Under the pieces are notes generated by a model. It was not told where the DNA came from. It saw nothing but the letters and a program-made list of their open reading frames with translations, and did no database searches. Positions 49,423 to 58,220 of a stretch of DNA of 64,000 nt are shown here, in pieces. Each line of letters begins with the position of its first letter. Position 1 is the stretch's first letter. Origin of the DNA: Alistipes sp. GTDB lineage: Bacteria > Bacteroidota > Bacteroidia > Bacteroidales > Rikenellaceae. The stretch spans positions 19,889 to 83,888 of the forward strand of contig JAZOND010000027.1 of assembly GCA_045654345.1 (NCBI GenBank), read 5' to 3'. The position numbers and the translations under genes were made by a program.

Positions 49423-49742
49423 TGGCAAAGAAGGGCAACTTTTTCAAAAATTTGTTTGCCGATGCGTCACTACTATTTTGGCGTATCCTTACCATTGTTG
49501 TATCACTACTCACACTATTTATCATCGCCCAGTCGGCGTGGTCTATAATCAAATCTAAGCGTCACATCCGACAGCTCGAGAGGCGCAAGACAGAGCTGCT
49601 CAACTCCATTTCTGCCGACAGTATCACCATCAAACAGCTCAAGATGGATGAGTATCTCGAGAAGTACGCCCGCGAGCGATATAATATGCAACGCCAAAAC
49701 GAGCGAATATACATTATCGAGGAGGATAAACCTCATAAGTAA
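49422..49742 (+). CDS. Septum formation initiator (FtsB/DivIC-like)
   Basis: One TM, coiled coil, LEKYARERYNMQRQNERIY. Confidence 0.75.
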   Translation: MAKKGNFFKNLFADASLLFWRILTIVVSLLTLFIIAQSAWSIIKSKRHIRQLERRKTELLNSISADSITIKQLKMDEYLEKYARERYNMQRQNERIYIIEEDKPHK

Positions 49743-49744
49743 AT

Positions 49745-49777
49745 AAATAGCTCCGAAGCATCACTTCGGAGCTATTT
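49745..49777. terminator. Bidirectional terminator
   Basis: AAATAGCTCCGAAG-catca-CTTCGGAGCTATTT. Confidence 0.85.
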
Positions 49778-49794
49778 TCTATTATACAACCTCT

Positions 49795-50289
49795 TTAATA
49801 CAGCTCTATATATTCAAAGGTATTACCCACTGCCGCAAGGTACTTGGCAAACATCTGCTGCGAGATTACCACCGTGGCACGATTATCGTTTGGGTGGAAA
49901 GATAGAGACGGATAGTCCAGCAGGTTCTTGTCAAGGAAGAGGTGAACGTGGTTCTCGGCATCATTTATAAGGCCAAAGGGAGATACCGAGCCGGGCTTAA
50001 GGCCGAGGTAACGCTCCATACGCTGCTCTGAGGCAAATGAGAGCTTACCCTGACGCAGACGCTGCTCAAGGTCGTGTATAGCAAGGCTCTGCTCGCTATC
50101 AAAGACCACAAGGTAGTGGCGGTTACCCTTATGGTTGCGAAAGAATAGGTTCTTGCAGTGCTTTGAGCCATCGTTATGCCAATATTGGCGGGCAATCTCG
50201 ATGGTCGGTGCCTCGGGGTGGGTATAAAAAGAGTATTCGATCTCCTGCTGCTGCAGAAAATCGAATACCTTATTCATCTTTTCGTTCAT
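49795..50289 (-). CDS. ProX/PrdX (YbaK-family) aminoacyl-tRNA deacylase
   Basis: KHCKNLFFRN, KLSFAS, GSVSPFGL, FHPNDN. Confidence 0.88.
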   Translation of the reverse strand: MNEKMNKVFDFLQQQEIEYSFYTHPEAPTIEIARQYWHNDGSKHCKNLFFRNHKGNRHYLVVFDSEQSLAIHDLEQRLRQGKLSFASEQRMERYLGLKPGSVSPFGLINDAENHVHLFLDKNLLDYPSLSFHPNDNRATVVISQQMFAKYLAAVGNTFEYIELY

Positions 50290-50291
50290 AA

Positions 50292-50960
50292 CTACTTAGA
50301 GATAGCTGCACGCAACTGTGGAATAGACTCATCGAGGGTCATACCCTTGCGGTATACACCAGCGGTACCACCTACGAATACATTTGCACCCATACCTGCC
50401 ATAAGCTCGGCACGCTCGCAAGATACAGAGCCGTCAACGCTGATAAGCACCTTCTCATAGCCGTTGTTGTCAAGCCACTGACGCATCTGAGCAACCTTAT
50501 CGAGGATACCGTCAACAAGCTTAGCACCAGAGAAGCCTGGGTGAACAAGCATAAGGGTTACCATATCAGTATAAGCCATATGTGGAGCCACAGCCTCAAC
50601 AGGAGTATCCGGGTTGATAACAACACCGAACATTGCACCCTTAGAGTGGATGTCTGCAGCAAACTCGCTCAAATCCTTATCAAGCTCAACGTGAGTAGAA
50701 ATGATATCACCTGCGTGAACATCTATCTTAGAGCAGATAAACTCAGGCTCCTCACACATAAGGTGGATATCGAGAGGCATATCGGTAACCTTGTGCATAG
50801 CGTTAGGGAAGTCAGGACCAAATGTCATATTTGGAACGAAGTGACCATCCATAACATCGATATGCAACCAGTCGATACCGTTGCGCTCAAGAGTCTTGAT
50901 GTCGCGCTCAAGATTCATAAGGTCTGAGCACATTACTGATACAGAAATTTTGTTAGCCAT
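50292..50960 (-). CDS. Ribulose-phosphate 3-epimerase family, AlsE (allulose-6-P 3-epimerase)-like
   Basis: HIDVMDGHFVPN, DIHLM, MLVHPGF, VDGS; N-terminal SVMC resembles AlsE SLMC rather than Rpe PSILSA. Confidence 0.85.
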   Translation of the reverse strand: MANKISVSVMCSDLMNLERDIKTLERNGIDWLHIDVMDGHFVPNMTFGPDFPNAMHKVTDMPLDIHLMCEEPEFICSKIDVHAGDIISTHVELDKDLSEFAADIHSKGAMFGVVINPDTPVEAVAPHMAYTDMVTLMLVHPGFSGAKLVDGILDKVAQMRQWLDNNGYEKVLISVDGSVSCERAELMAGMGANVFVGGTAGVYRKGMTLDESIPQLRAAISK

Positions 50961-50996
50961 ATATGCACTATTTTATTAAATTTGTTCTACTTGTGA

Positions 50997-51054
50997 CAAA
51001 GATAATATTTTTTAGAGAATAAATTGCGAGTTTTAAAGAAAATTTCTAATTTTG
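50997..51054. promoter_or_regulatory. Divergent promoter pair (epimerase operon / GDPD operon)
   Basis: Minus TATCTTTG (51004-50997) and plus TAATTTTG (51047-54). Confidence 0.55.
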
Positions 51055-51087
51055 TTAAAAGAAATAAATGTAATACAGCTAAATAGA

Positions 51088-51888
51088 ATGAAAAAGATTA
51101 TCACACTTGCTGCAGCAGCGATGATTTCGGTAGCTGCATTTGCACAGCCAAAGGTTATTGCACACCGTGGCTATCACGCTATAGACGGCTCTTGCCGCAA
51201 CTCTATTGAGGCACTTGCACAGGCACAAAAGTTGGGTCTGTACGGCTCTGAGTGCGATATAAACCTTACCAAAGATGGTGTTATTGTTGTGGCACACGGC
51301 GGCCTACACCCTGACAAGATTTATCGCAAGGGCGAGAATATTACCCGCCTTGATATTCAGCGCAGTACATACGACGAGCTGAAGGCTATTCCACTTGAGA
51401 ATGGAGAGATAATCCCTACCCTTGAGCAGTACCTTGAGCAGTTGAAGAAGAGCGACAAGACCAAGCTTATTATTGAGATTAAGAGCCACTACTCAAAGGC
51501 TAAGGAGAGCGAGATTGTCCGCAAGACTGTAGATATGGTTGCCAAGTATGGTCTGAACGATATGGTTGAGTACATCGCCTTCCGCCCGTGGGTATGCTTT
51601 GAGCTTGAGCGTCTTGCCCCAAAGGGTACACCAATTGCATATCTGAATGGAGATTATGATCCTGAGTATGTGCAGAGTATGGGCATTGCAGGCATTGACT
51701 ACAACTACTCAGTACTCAAGAAGAAGCCTCAGTGGATTAAGCAGTGCCACAAGCTCGGTCTGAGCGTAAATGTTTGGACAGTAGACAAGGAGGAGGAGTT
51801 GCGCTGGGTAATCAGCCAGGGCGTTGACTACATCACTACAGACAACCCTGTGCTTGCCACCAAACTTATTAAAGAGATGTGTAAATAA
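51088..51888 (+). CDS. Glycerophosphodiester phosphodiesterase, secreted
   Basis: Signal peptide; IAHRG, ECD, IEIK, VWTVD, ITTDNP. Start reset to 51088. Confidence 0.88.
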   Translation: MKKIITLAAAAMISVAAFAQPKVIAHRGYHAIDGSCRNSIEALAQAQKLGLYGSECDINLTKDGVIVVAHGGLHPDKIYRKGENITRLDIQRSTYDELKAIPLENGEIIPTLEQYLEQLKKSDKTKLIIEIKSHYSKAKESEIVRKTVDMVAKYGLNDMVEYIAFRPWVCFELERLAPKGTPIAYLNGDYDPEYVQSMGIAGIDYNYSVLKKKPQWIKQCHKLGLSVNVWTVDKEEELRWVISQGVDYITTDNPVLATKLIKEMCK

Positions 51889-53141
51889 TGGATTTTAAGT
51901 TCCCACTCAATAGTCGCCCCTCTTTTGGGGCGATGTTGCTCTATGGTATGCAATGGTTGATGATATGCATACCCGTAGTGCTCACCAGCACCTTTGTAGC
52001 CCCCGAGGGACAGATGCTGTTCTTTACCCAGAAGCTATTTGCCGTGATGGGTATTACAATGATTATCAACTCATTATGGGGTCACCGTCTACCACTTATT
52101 GCAGGTCCTGCGGCAGTACTGCTTATGGGTGTACTTGCAGCCTCGCAGTTAGGCGGCAGCAGTGAGGCTATATATCCGTCGATGGTCATTGGTGGCGTAA
52201 TAATAGTTCTACTCTCAATCTCGGGTCTTATGCGCAAGATTCAGAGTGTATTTACCCCACGCATTGTTGCGGCTATTGTTCTGCTTATTGCCTTTACTAT
52301 TGTAAAGCCGATAGTTGGTATGATATTCTCAGACACCGCGCACCAGCTCTTTGCTATGATTTTTGCTGTAGTTACCGTAATTACTATGGCTGTGGCAAAT
52401 AATCTGCTCAAGGGCGTATGGAAGTCGATGGTGGTTATCGTGGCAATGGTTGTAGGCTCTATTATCTACTACGCCTATACGGGTTTCCCTGATAGTTTTG
52501 TCAGCGACAGCACAGCTCCGCAGCTCTTCCTTAGCGGCATTGAGGTAGATGCGGGCATTATCATAGCATTTATCTTCTGCTACATAGCTCTGTTTATCAA
52601 CCAAGTAGGCTCAGTGCAGTCATTAGGCGAGCTTGTGGGTGCCGACAAGATGGAGTCACGCCAGAAGCGCGGTATGGTGGTTCAGGGTATTATGAATATG
52701 GTAGCTGGTGCTATGGGCGTTATCGGCCCTGTGGACTACTCGCTCTCGCCAGGCGTTGTGGCATCGACCTCGTGTGCTTCGCGCTATACCGTTCTGCCGG
52801 CTGCTGTGGCGATGATTATCTTGGCATTTATCCCCGAGGCTGTGTCAGTGCTGCTAACCATTCCTTCACCTGTGATGGGTGTGGTGCTGCTATACCTGAT
52901 GTCTACACAGATTGCAGCGGGTCTACATATGATACACGCCACAAATGCCACACCTACATTTAAGGATGGTGTGATACTTGCCATTCCGATTATGTTTACC
53001 ACCATACTATCCTTTGCTCCGACCGAGGCTCTATCTGCCATACCGGCACTTATTCGCCCAATTGTCGGCAACGGATTTGTGATGGGCATTATCTTGATAC
53101 TACTTCTCGAACACCTATTTTTAAAGGATAAAAAACAATGA
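51888..53141 (+). CDS. NCS2/NAT (xanthine/uracil permease) family transporter
   Basis: GHRLPLIAGP, FTPRIV, G..SR, IP..VMG; NAT signature is divergent. Confidence 0.78.
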   Translation: MDFKFPLNSRPSFGAMLLYGMQWLMICIPVVLTSTFVAPEGQMLFFTQKLFAVMGITMIINSLWGHRLPLIAGPAAVLLMGVLAASQLGGSSEAIYPSMVIGGVIIVLLSISGLMRKIQSVFTPRIVAAIVLLIAFTIVKPIVGMIFSDTAHQLFAMIFAVVTVITMAVANNLLKGVWKSMVVIVAMVVGSIIYYAYTGFPDSFVSDSTAPQLFLSGIEVDAGIIIAFIFCYIALFINQVGSVQSLGELVGADKMESRQKRGMVVQGIMNMVAGAMGVIGPVDYSLSPGVVASTSCASRYTVLPAAVAMIILAFIPEAVSVLLTIPSPVMGVVLLYLMSTQIAAGLHMIHATNATPTFKDGVILAIPIMFTTILSFAPTEALSAIPALIRPIVGNGFVMGIILILLLEHLFLKDKKQ

Positions 53142-53956
53142 ATGTAAAACAACTACTCAAAGAGTGTCAGCAGCAGAAGTGTGCTGTGCTGGCAACCAAC
53201 TTCTATAATCTCGAGACTCTGCAGGGCGTTATGCGTGCTGCTCAGGCCACCTCAGCTCCCGTACTGCTACAGCTCACACGCTCGAGCATCGACTATATGG
53301 GTCTAAAGAACGCTGTTGTTATGGCGCGTCAGGCAATTTCTGACTATGGCGTAAATGGCTGGATACACCTCGACCACGGTGGCAGCGTAGAGCTTGTTGA
53401 GCGTTGTCTTGATGCAGGCTTTGACTCGGTGATGATTGATGCCAGCGAGGAGCCGTTTGAGGTAAATGTAGAGACTACTCGTCGCGTAGTTGAGCTTGCA
53501 GCCCCTTATGGCGTAAATGTAGAGGCAGAGTTGGGTTATGTTGCCAAGCTCGGTCAGCAACAGGGTGGCGGCTTTACAACACCTCAGGAGGCAAAGCTCT
53601 TTGTTGAGCAGACAGGCGTCGATGCCCTTGCCGTATCTATCGGCTCAGCTCACGGATTCTACAAGCAGGCTCCGAAGCTCGACATTGAGCGTCTGGCACA
53701 GATTCACGCCGCAACTGATGTTGCCCTTGTTCTGCACGGCAGCTCAGGCATTCCGCACCAGATGGTACAGCAGGCTATTGCTAACGGTATTGTCAAGGTA
53801 AACCTTGCTACAGAGATTAAGGACACCTTTATGCGCAACCTCAAGTCGATACTCACCACTACCGACGAGATTGACCTGCGCAAGGTATTCCCGAAGGCTA
53901 CAAATGCTGTTGTAGAGCTACTGATTGACAAGTACAAGATGGTTAGCTGCAAGTAG
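53138..53956 (+). CDS. Class II fructose/tagatose-bisphosphate aldolase
   Basis: HLDH, GFDSVMID, EAELG, GSAHG, LHGSSG, KVNLAT. Confidence 0.92.
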   Translation: MNVKQLLKECQQQKCAVLATNFYNLETLQGVMRAAQATSAPVLLQLTRSSIDYMGLKNAVVMARQAISDYGVNGWIHLDHGGSVELVERCLDAGFDSVMIDASEEPFEVNVETTRRVVELAAPYGVNVEAELGYVAKLGQQQGGGFTTPQEAKLFVEQTGVDALAVSIGSAHGFYKQAPKLDIERLAQIHAATDVALVLHGSSGIPHQMVQQAIANGIVKVNLATEIKDTFMRNLKSILTTTDEIDLRKVFPKATNAVVELLIDKYKMVSCK

Positions 53957-53978
53957 CACTACCTATCATATAGATACA

Positions 53979-54009
53979 ATAAATGCCGACCAAACAGGTC
54001 GGCATTTAT
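53979..54009. terminator. Bidirectional terminator
   Basis: ATAAATGCCGACC-aaaca-GGTCGGCATTTAT. Confidence 0.85.
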
Positions 54010-54016
54010 GTTTAAT

Positions 54017-54592
54017 TTACGCATTTAGAAGATGTTTATATATCTCTACGCAGACCCACGCATCTGTGGCGGCATAGAGTTGCTGTTGTGGTGTTAAGGT
54101 ATTTGCCTCCCAATTACTCAGACGCTGAGCCTTTGAGACCTTCTTACCCAGCACAATGCCCGAAATCTTACGCAAACTCTTATCATCAATGCCGTAGTTA
54201 CCCACAATCTCTTGCAAATCGACAAAGCCGCCAGCAGTAAAGTGGCGCAGCTTATTGAGCACCACAATATCATTCTTCACCGCTGCCCCTACCTTTATTA
54301 TATTAGGGTTATGCAGGATATCTGTAAGCTGCTTGCTCATCTGCACACGGTTAAGGCGGATAAGAAAACACTTTTCTCCACCAAACAACTGCAACAGCGA
54401 CACCTTATTGGTAACGCCCGCAGTAAAGGATGGGCGCGTCTCGGTATCGAAACCTAAAATAGAACACTTAGAGAGGTAATCACACGCCGCAGCAAGTGCC
54501 TGAGGGGTTTGAACAATAACTATCTCCCCCTCAAACTGCGCTGCAGGAAGTTGTGCAACATCTTCGTTAGATATTGTGCGAATAAAAGCCAT
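54017..54592 (-). CDS. 3'-5' exonuclease (DEDD, WRN/RNase D-like)
   Basis: GFDTETRP, LLQL, VDLQ, SNWE, YAATDAW. Confidence 0.88.
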   Translation of the reverse strand: MAFIRTISNEDVAQLPAAQFEGEIVIVQTPQALAAACDYLSKCSILGFDTETRPSFTAGVTNKVSLLQLFGGEKCFLIRLNRVQMSKQLTDILHNPNIIKVGAAVKNDIVVLNKLRHFTAGGFVDLQEIVGNYGIDDKSLRKISGIVLGKKVSKAQRLSNWEANTLTPQQQLYAATDAWVCVEIYKHLLNA

Positions 54593-54606
54593 TTTAAACC
54601 TCTTCC

Positions 54607-56505
54607 CTATCGTTTCATCTGCTCCTGCTGACGCATAAGCTCCTCATAACGCTGCTGGAAGCGTGACTTCTTACCCTTGGTGTTAGCCATCTTGGAGTTA
54701 ATCTTGGCTCTTACCTTCTCGTCATCGACAAAGTAACGGATACCATACATCATTACCATTGTGATGATATTTGAGAGCAGGTAGTAGTAGCAAAGACCAC
54801 TTGAGTAGCTATTGAACCAGAAGAGGAGCATCAGCGGCATCATATATACCATCATAAACTTCATACCTGGCATCTGTGGCTGTGTAGATGCGGTCTGCTT
54901 ATAGTTCAGATAAGAGTAAGCAAACATAACAACGGTCATCAGCAGACAGAATAGTGAGATATGGTCGCCATAGAATGGGATATTGAACGGCAAATCGAGA
55001 ACACTATCATAAGATGAGAGGTCATCGCTCCAGAGGAATGACTGACCACGAAGCTCGATAGATGCAGGGAAGAAGCGGAACATCGCAATCAGAATCGGCA
55101 TCTGAATAAGCATAGGCAGACAGCCGCTCATAGGGCTGATGCCCGCCTTATTGTAGAGCTCCATAGTAGCCTGCTGCTTCTTCATAGCATCCTCCTGACG
55201 AGGGTACTTGGCATTGATTGCATCAAGTTCAGGTCGTACTGCACGCATCTTGGCAGTAGAGAGGTAGCTCTTATATGTAAGTGGCGAGATAAGCAGCTTA
55301 ACCACAAGAGTAAGGATGAGGATAATAAGACCGAAGCTCTCGATATACTTGCTCAGGAAGTTAAAGAGCGGAATTACCAACCAGCGGCTGATATATGTCG
55401 AGAAGATCCAACCTAACGGAATAACGCGCTCGAGTGAGAGGCTCTCACCATTGCTATCTACCAACTCCTTGAGTACAGTAAACTTATTTGGACCTAAGTA
55501 GAAGTTGAAGTTATAACCCTCAGTCTGCGGAGTGTAAGGCACAGCGGCAACCATTGAGTAATCCTTCATAAAGCCCGACTTCTCAGGTGCAGTGGTATAG
55601 GCAAGGTCTGCATATGTAAAGTTTACATTCTGCGGAATGATTGCCGAGGTAAAGTACTGCTGCTTGAAAGCTACCCAATCAACTGATGTAGATACATTAT
55701 CAGACTTTGAGCCCTCAGAGACACCCAGATCCTCAATACCTGTCTCACCTGGGTGGCGGTAGTAGAGGTTGGTGTACATATTCTCGTTCTTATAACTACG
55801 CTCGTTCTGGTAGCTGCGATTGCTCCAAGCAATGCCGATAGAGCTCTGGTTTGCCATAATAGGCGCCAGATTGTTAAAGCGAACATCGAAGTCTACGAGG
55901 TAGTCGCGCTCCTCTGCCTTCTGATTATAAATGGTATATACAAAGTCGAGTGACTCGCCACCCTTAAATGGCAGACGGAAGGTCACGCACTGCTTATCCT
56001 CAAGAGTCTCAACAGGGAGCAGAGTGAAGTTATGCTCGATGGTAGATACCTTTGCATTCTTCAATCCGTCCTTGATAAAGAAGCTCATATCGAAGCGCGC
56101 ACTCATTGGGTCGAAGAGCTTAACCAGCTCATTACGCTCCTCCTTTGGTGCATACTTGGTGTGCTGCTTAAGGGTTGCATCTATAATCTGACCACCGAGA
56201 GTCGAGAACTTGAGTGTCAGATAGTCGTTCTCAACAACAGTCTCTGCAACCTCTGTGCCATCAAGGATAAGAGGATCTACAACCACTGCTGGGGCAGCCT
56301 CTGTTACACTCTGAGCCTCAGCCTGAGTCTGCTCTGCCGCTACAGCAGAAGCCTCAGCAGCTACAGCCTCAACAGTCTGCTCGAGGGCAAGTTGCTCGTT
56401 GTACTTCTCCATCTGATAGTTGTTATACAACATATAGCCGAAGAAGACTACGCCGATAAGGATAAATCCGATAATTGATAGTTTATTTGTTCCTTTATTT
56501 TCCAT
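54607..56505 (-). CDS. yidC: Membrane protein insertase YidC
   Basis: N-terminal TM, periplasmic domain, FYLGP, GLIILILT, GCLPMLIQMP, SGLCYYYLLSN. Confidence 0.95.
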   Translation of the reverse strand: MENKGTNKLSIIGFILIGVVFFGYMLYNNYQMEKYNEQLALEQTVEAVAAEASAVAAEQTQAEAQSVTEAAPAVVVDPLILDGTEVAETVVENDYLTLKFSTLGGQIIDATLKQHTKYAPKEERNELVKLFDPMSARFDMSFFIKDGLKNAKVSTIEHNFTLLPVETLEDKQCVTFRLPFKGGESLDFVYTIYNQKAEERDYLVDFDVRFNNLAPIMANQSSIGIAWSNRSYQNERSYKNENMYTNLYYRHPGETGIEDLGVSEGSKSDNVSTSVDWVAFKQQYFTSAIIPQNVNFTYADLAYTTAPEKSGFMKDYSMVAAVPYTPQTEGYNFNFYLGPNKFTVLKELVDSNGESLSLERVIPLGWIFSTYISRWLVIPLFNFLSKYIESFGLIILILTLVVKLLISPLTYKSYLSTAKMRAVRPELDAINAKYPRQEDAMKKQQATMELYNKAGISPMSGCLPMLIQMPILIAMFRFFPASIELRGQSFLWSDDLSSYDSVLDLPFNIPFYGDHISLFCLLMTVVMFAYSYLNYKQTASTQPQMPGMKFMMVYMMPLMLLFWFNSYSSGLCYYYLLSNIITMVMMYGIRYFVDDEKVRAKINSKMANTKGKKSRFQQRYEELMRQQEQMKR

Positions 56506-56511
56506 TTCGTT

Positions 56512-58131
56512 TTATTTATTTTCAGAATATTTAAGTGCAGCCGCTACAAAGTCTACAAACAGCGGTGCAGGGTGCTCTACTGTACTCTTGTACTCAGGGT
56601 GATACTGGGTAGCGATAAACCAAGGGTGATTTTCAAGCTCGAGTACCTCAACAAGCTGGGTCTCTGGGTTGATACCTACGCACTTCATACCTGCAGCCTC
56701 GAATGCCTCGCGATACTCGCTATTGAACTCATAGCGATTGCTATGACGCTCCATAACTGAGGTGATGCCGTAAGCCTTAGCAGCCTTTGACTCAGGATCG
56801 AGGGTACATACATAGCCACCGATACGGCGAACATCGCCCTTATCACTCTTGCTGTCCTCCATAAGGTCGATAACAGGGTGCTTAGTGGTGTTATCAAGCT
56901 CTGAAGATGCTGCATCAGCATAACCCAACACATTGCGAGCAAACTCTACAACTGCGCAGTGCATACCCAGACCTACACCGAAGAATGGGAGGTTATTCTC
57001 ACGAGCATACTGAACAGCGGCAATCTTACCATCTACGCCACGACGACCAGAGCCTGGAGCAACGAAGATACCAGATACGCCATCAAACAGTTCTGCAGCA
57101 CTCTCTGCTGTAACCTTCTCTGCCTTAACATAACGAACCTTAACCTTGCAGTCGTTCATAGCACCTGCGTGGATAAATGACTCGTTGATACTCTTATAGG
57201 CATCTGGCAGCTCGGTATACTTACCAACAAGGGCAACCTCTACGAACTTGGTAGGGTTCTTAACCTTGTCAACAAATGCACGCCAAGCGCAAAGGTCTGA
57301 CTCGCTATTCTCTGTTGGTAGGCCGAGACGCTGCATAACTACAAGGTCCATATTCTGCTCAAACAGACGCAGTGGCACCTCATAGATTGTAGGCATATCT
57401 ACTGACTCGACTACCGCCTCAGGCATAACATTGCAGAAGAGGGCAATCTTACGCTTGATAGATGTCTCGAGTGGATTCTCGGCACGAAGCACAAGCACAT
57501 CCGGCTGAAGACCATTCTCGAGCAACGCCTTTACAGAGTGCTGTGTAGGCTTGGTCTTAACCTCACCCGATGCTGCAAGATATGGCACCCACGCAAGGTG
57601 TACAAGGGCTGTATTCTGGTAACCCAAAGAGTTACGCAGCTGGCGAACAGACTCGATAAATGGCAGTGACTCGATATCACCAACAGTACCACCAATCTCG
57701 GTGATAATAATATCGAACTGCTTAGTCTGACCATTGAGCTGGATGCGACGCTTAATCTCGTCAGTAATGTGAGGGATAACCTGCACGGTCTTACCCATAT
57801 AGTCACCACGACGCTCCTTCTCGATTACGGTCTTATAGATCTTACCTGTGGTAACGGTGTTCTTATTCGAGGTAGCGATAGATGTAAATCGCTCATAGTG
57901 ACCAAGGTCGAGGTCTGCCTCTGTACCATCATCAGTAACATAACACTCACCGTGCTCGTATGGGTTAAGAGTGCCCGGATCAACATTGATATATGGGTCA
58001 AACTTCTGGATTGTTGTCACATATCCACGAGCCTGCAACAGTCTTGCAAGTGATGAAGAGATAATACCCTTTCCGAGTGATGATGCCACACCTCCTGTAA
58101 CGAAGATATACTTTGGCTTTGAAAGTTTCAT
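56512..58131 (-). CDS. pyrG: CTP synthase with apparently inactive glutaminase domain
   Basis: Synthetase motifs intact (GGVASSLGKG, KFDPYINVDPGT, GGTVGDIES, KTKPTQHS); nucleophile loop reads FGVGLGMH instead of GICLGMQ. Confidence 0.93.
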   Translation of the reverse strand: MKLSKPKYIFVTGGVASSLGKGIISSSLARLLQARGYVTTIQKFDPYINVDPGTLNPYEHGECYVTDDGTEADLDLGHYERFTSIATSNKNTVTTGKIYKTVIEKERRGDYMGKTVQVIPHITDEIKRRIQLNGQTKQFDIIITEIGGTVGDIESLPFIESVRQLRNSLGYQNTALVHLAWVPYLAASGEVKTKPTQHSVKALLENGLQPDVLVLRAENPLETSIKRKIALFCNVMPEAVVESVDMPTIYEVPLRLFEQNMDLVVMQRLGLPTENSESDLCAWRAFVDKVKNPTKFVEVALVGKYTELPDAYKSINESFIHAGAMNDCKVKVRYVKAEKVTAESAAELFDGVSGIFVAPGSGRRGVDGKIAAVQYARENNLPFFGVGLGMHCAVVEFARNVLGYADAASSELDNTTKHPVIDLMEDSKSDKGDVRRIGGYVCTLDPESKAAKAYGITSVMERHSNRYEFNSEYREAFEAAGMKCVGINPETQLVEVLELENHPWFIATQYHPEYKSTVEHPAPLFVDFVAAALKYSENK

Positions 58132-58220
58132 AATTATAAAATTTATTATTTTAACCTAATTAACAATTTAATCTGCTTAACAAATAGAGAACGGCGTCAA
58201 CCGCCGCACTCTAAACATGG

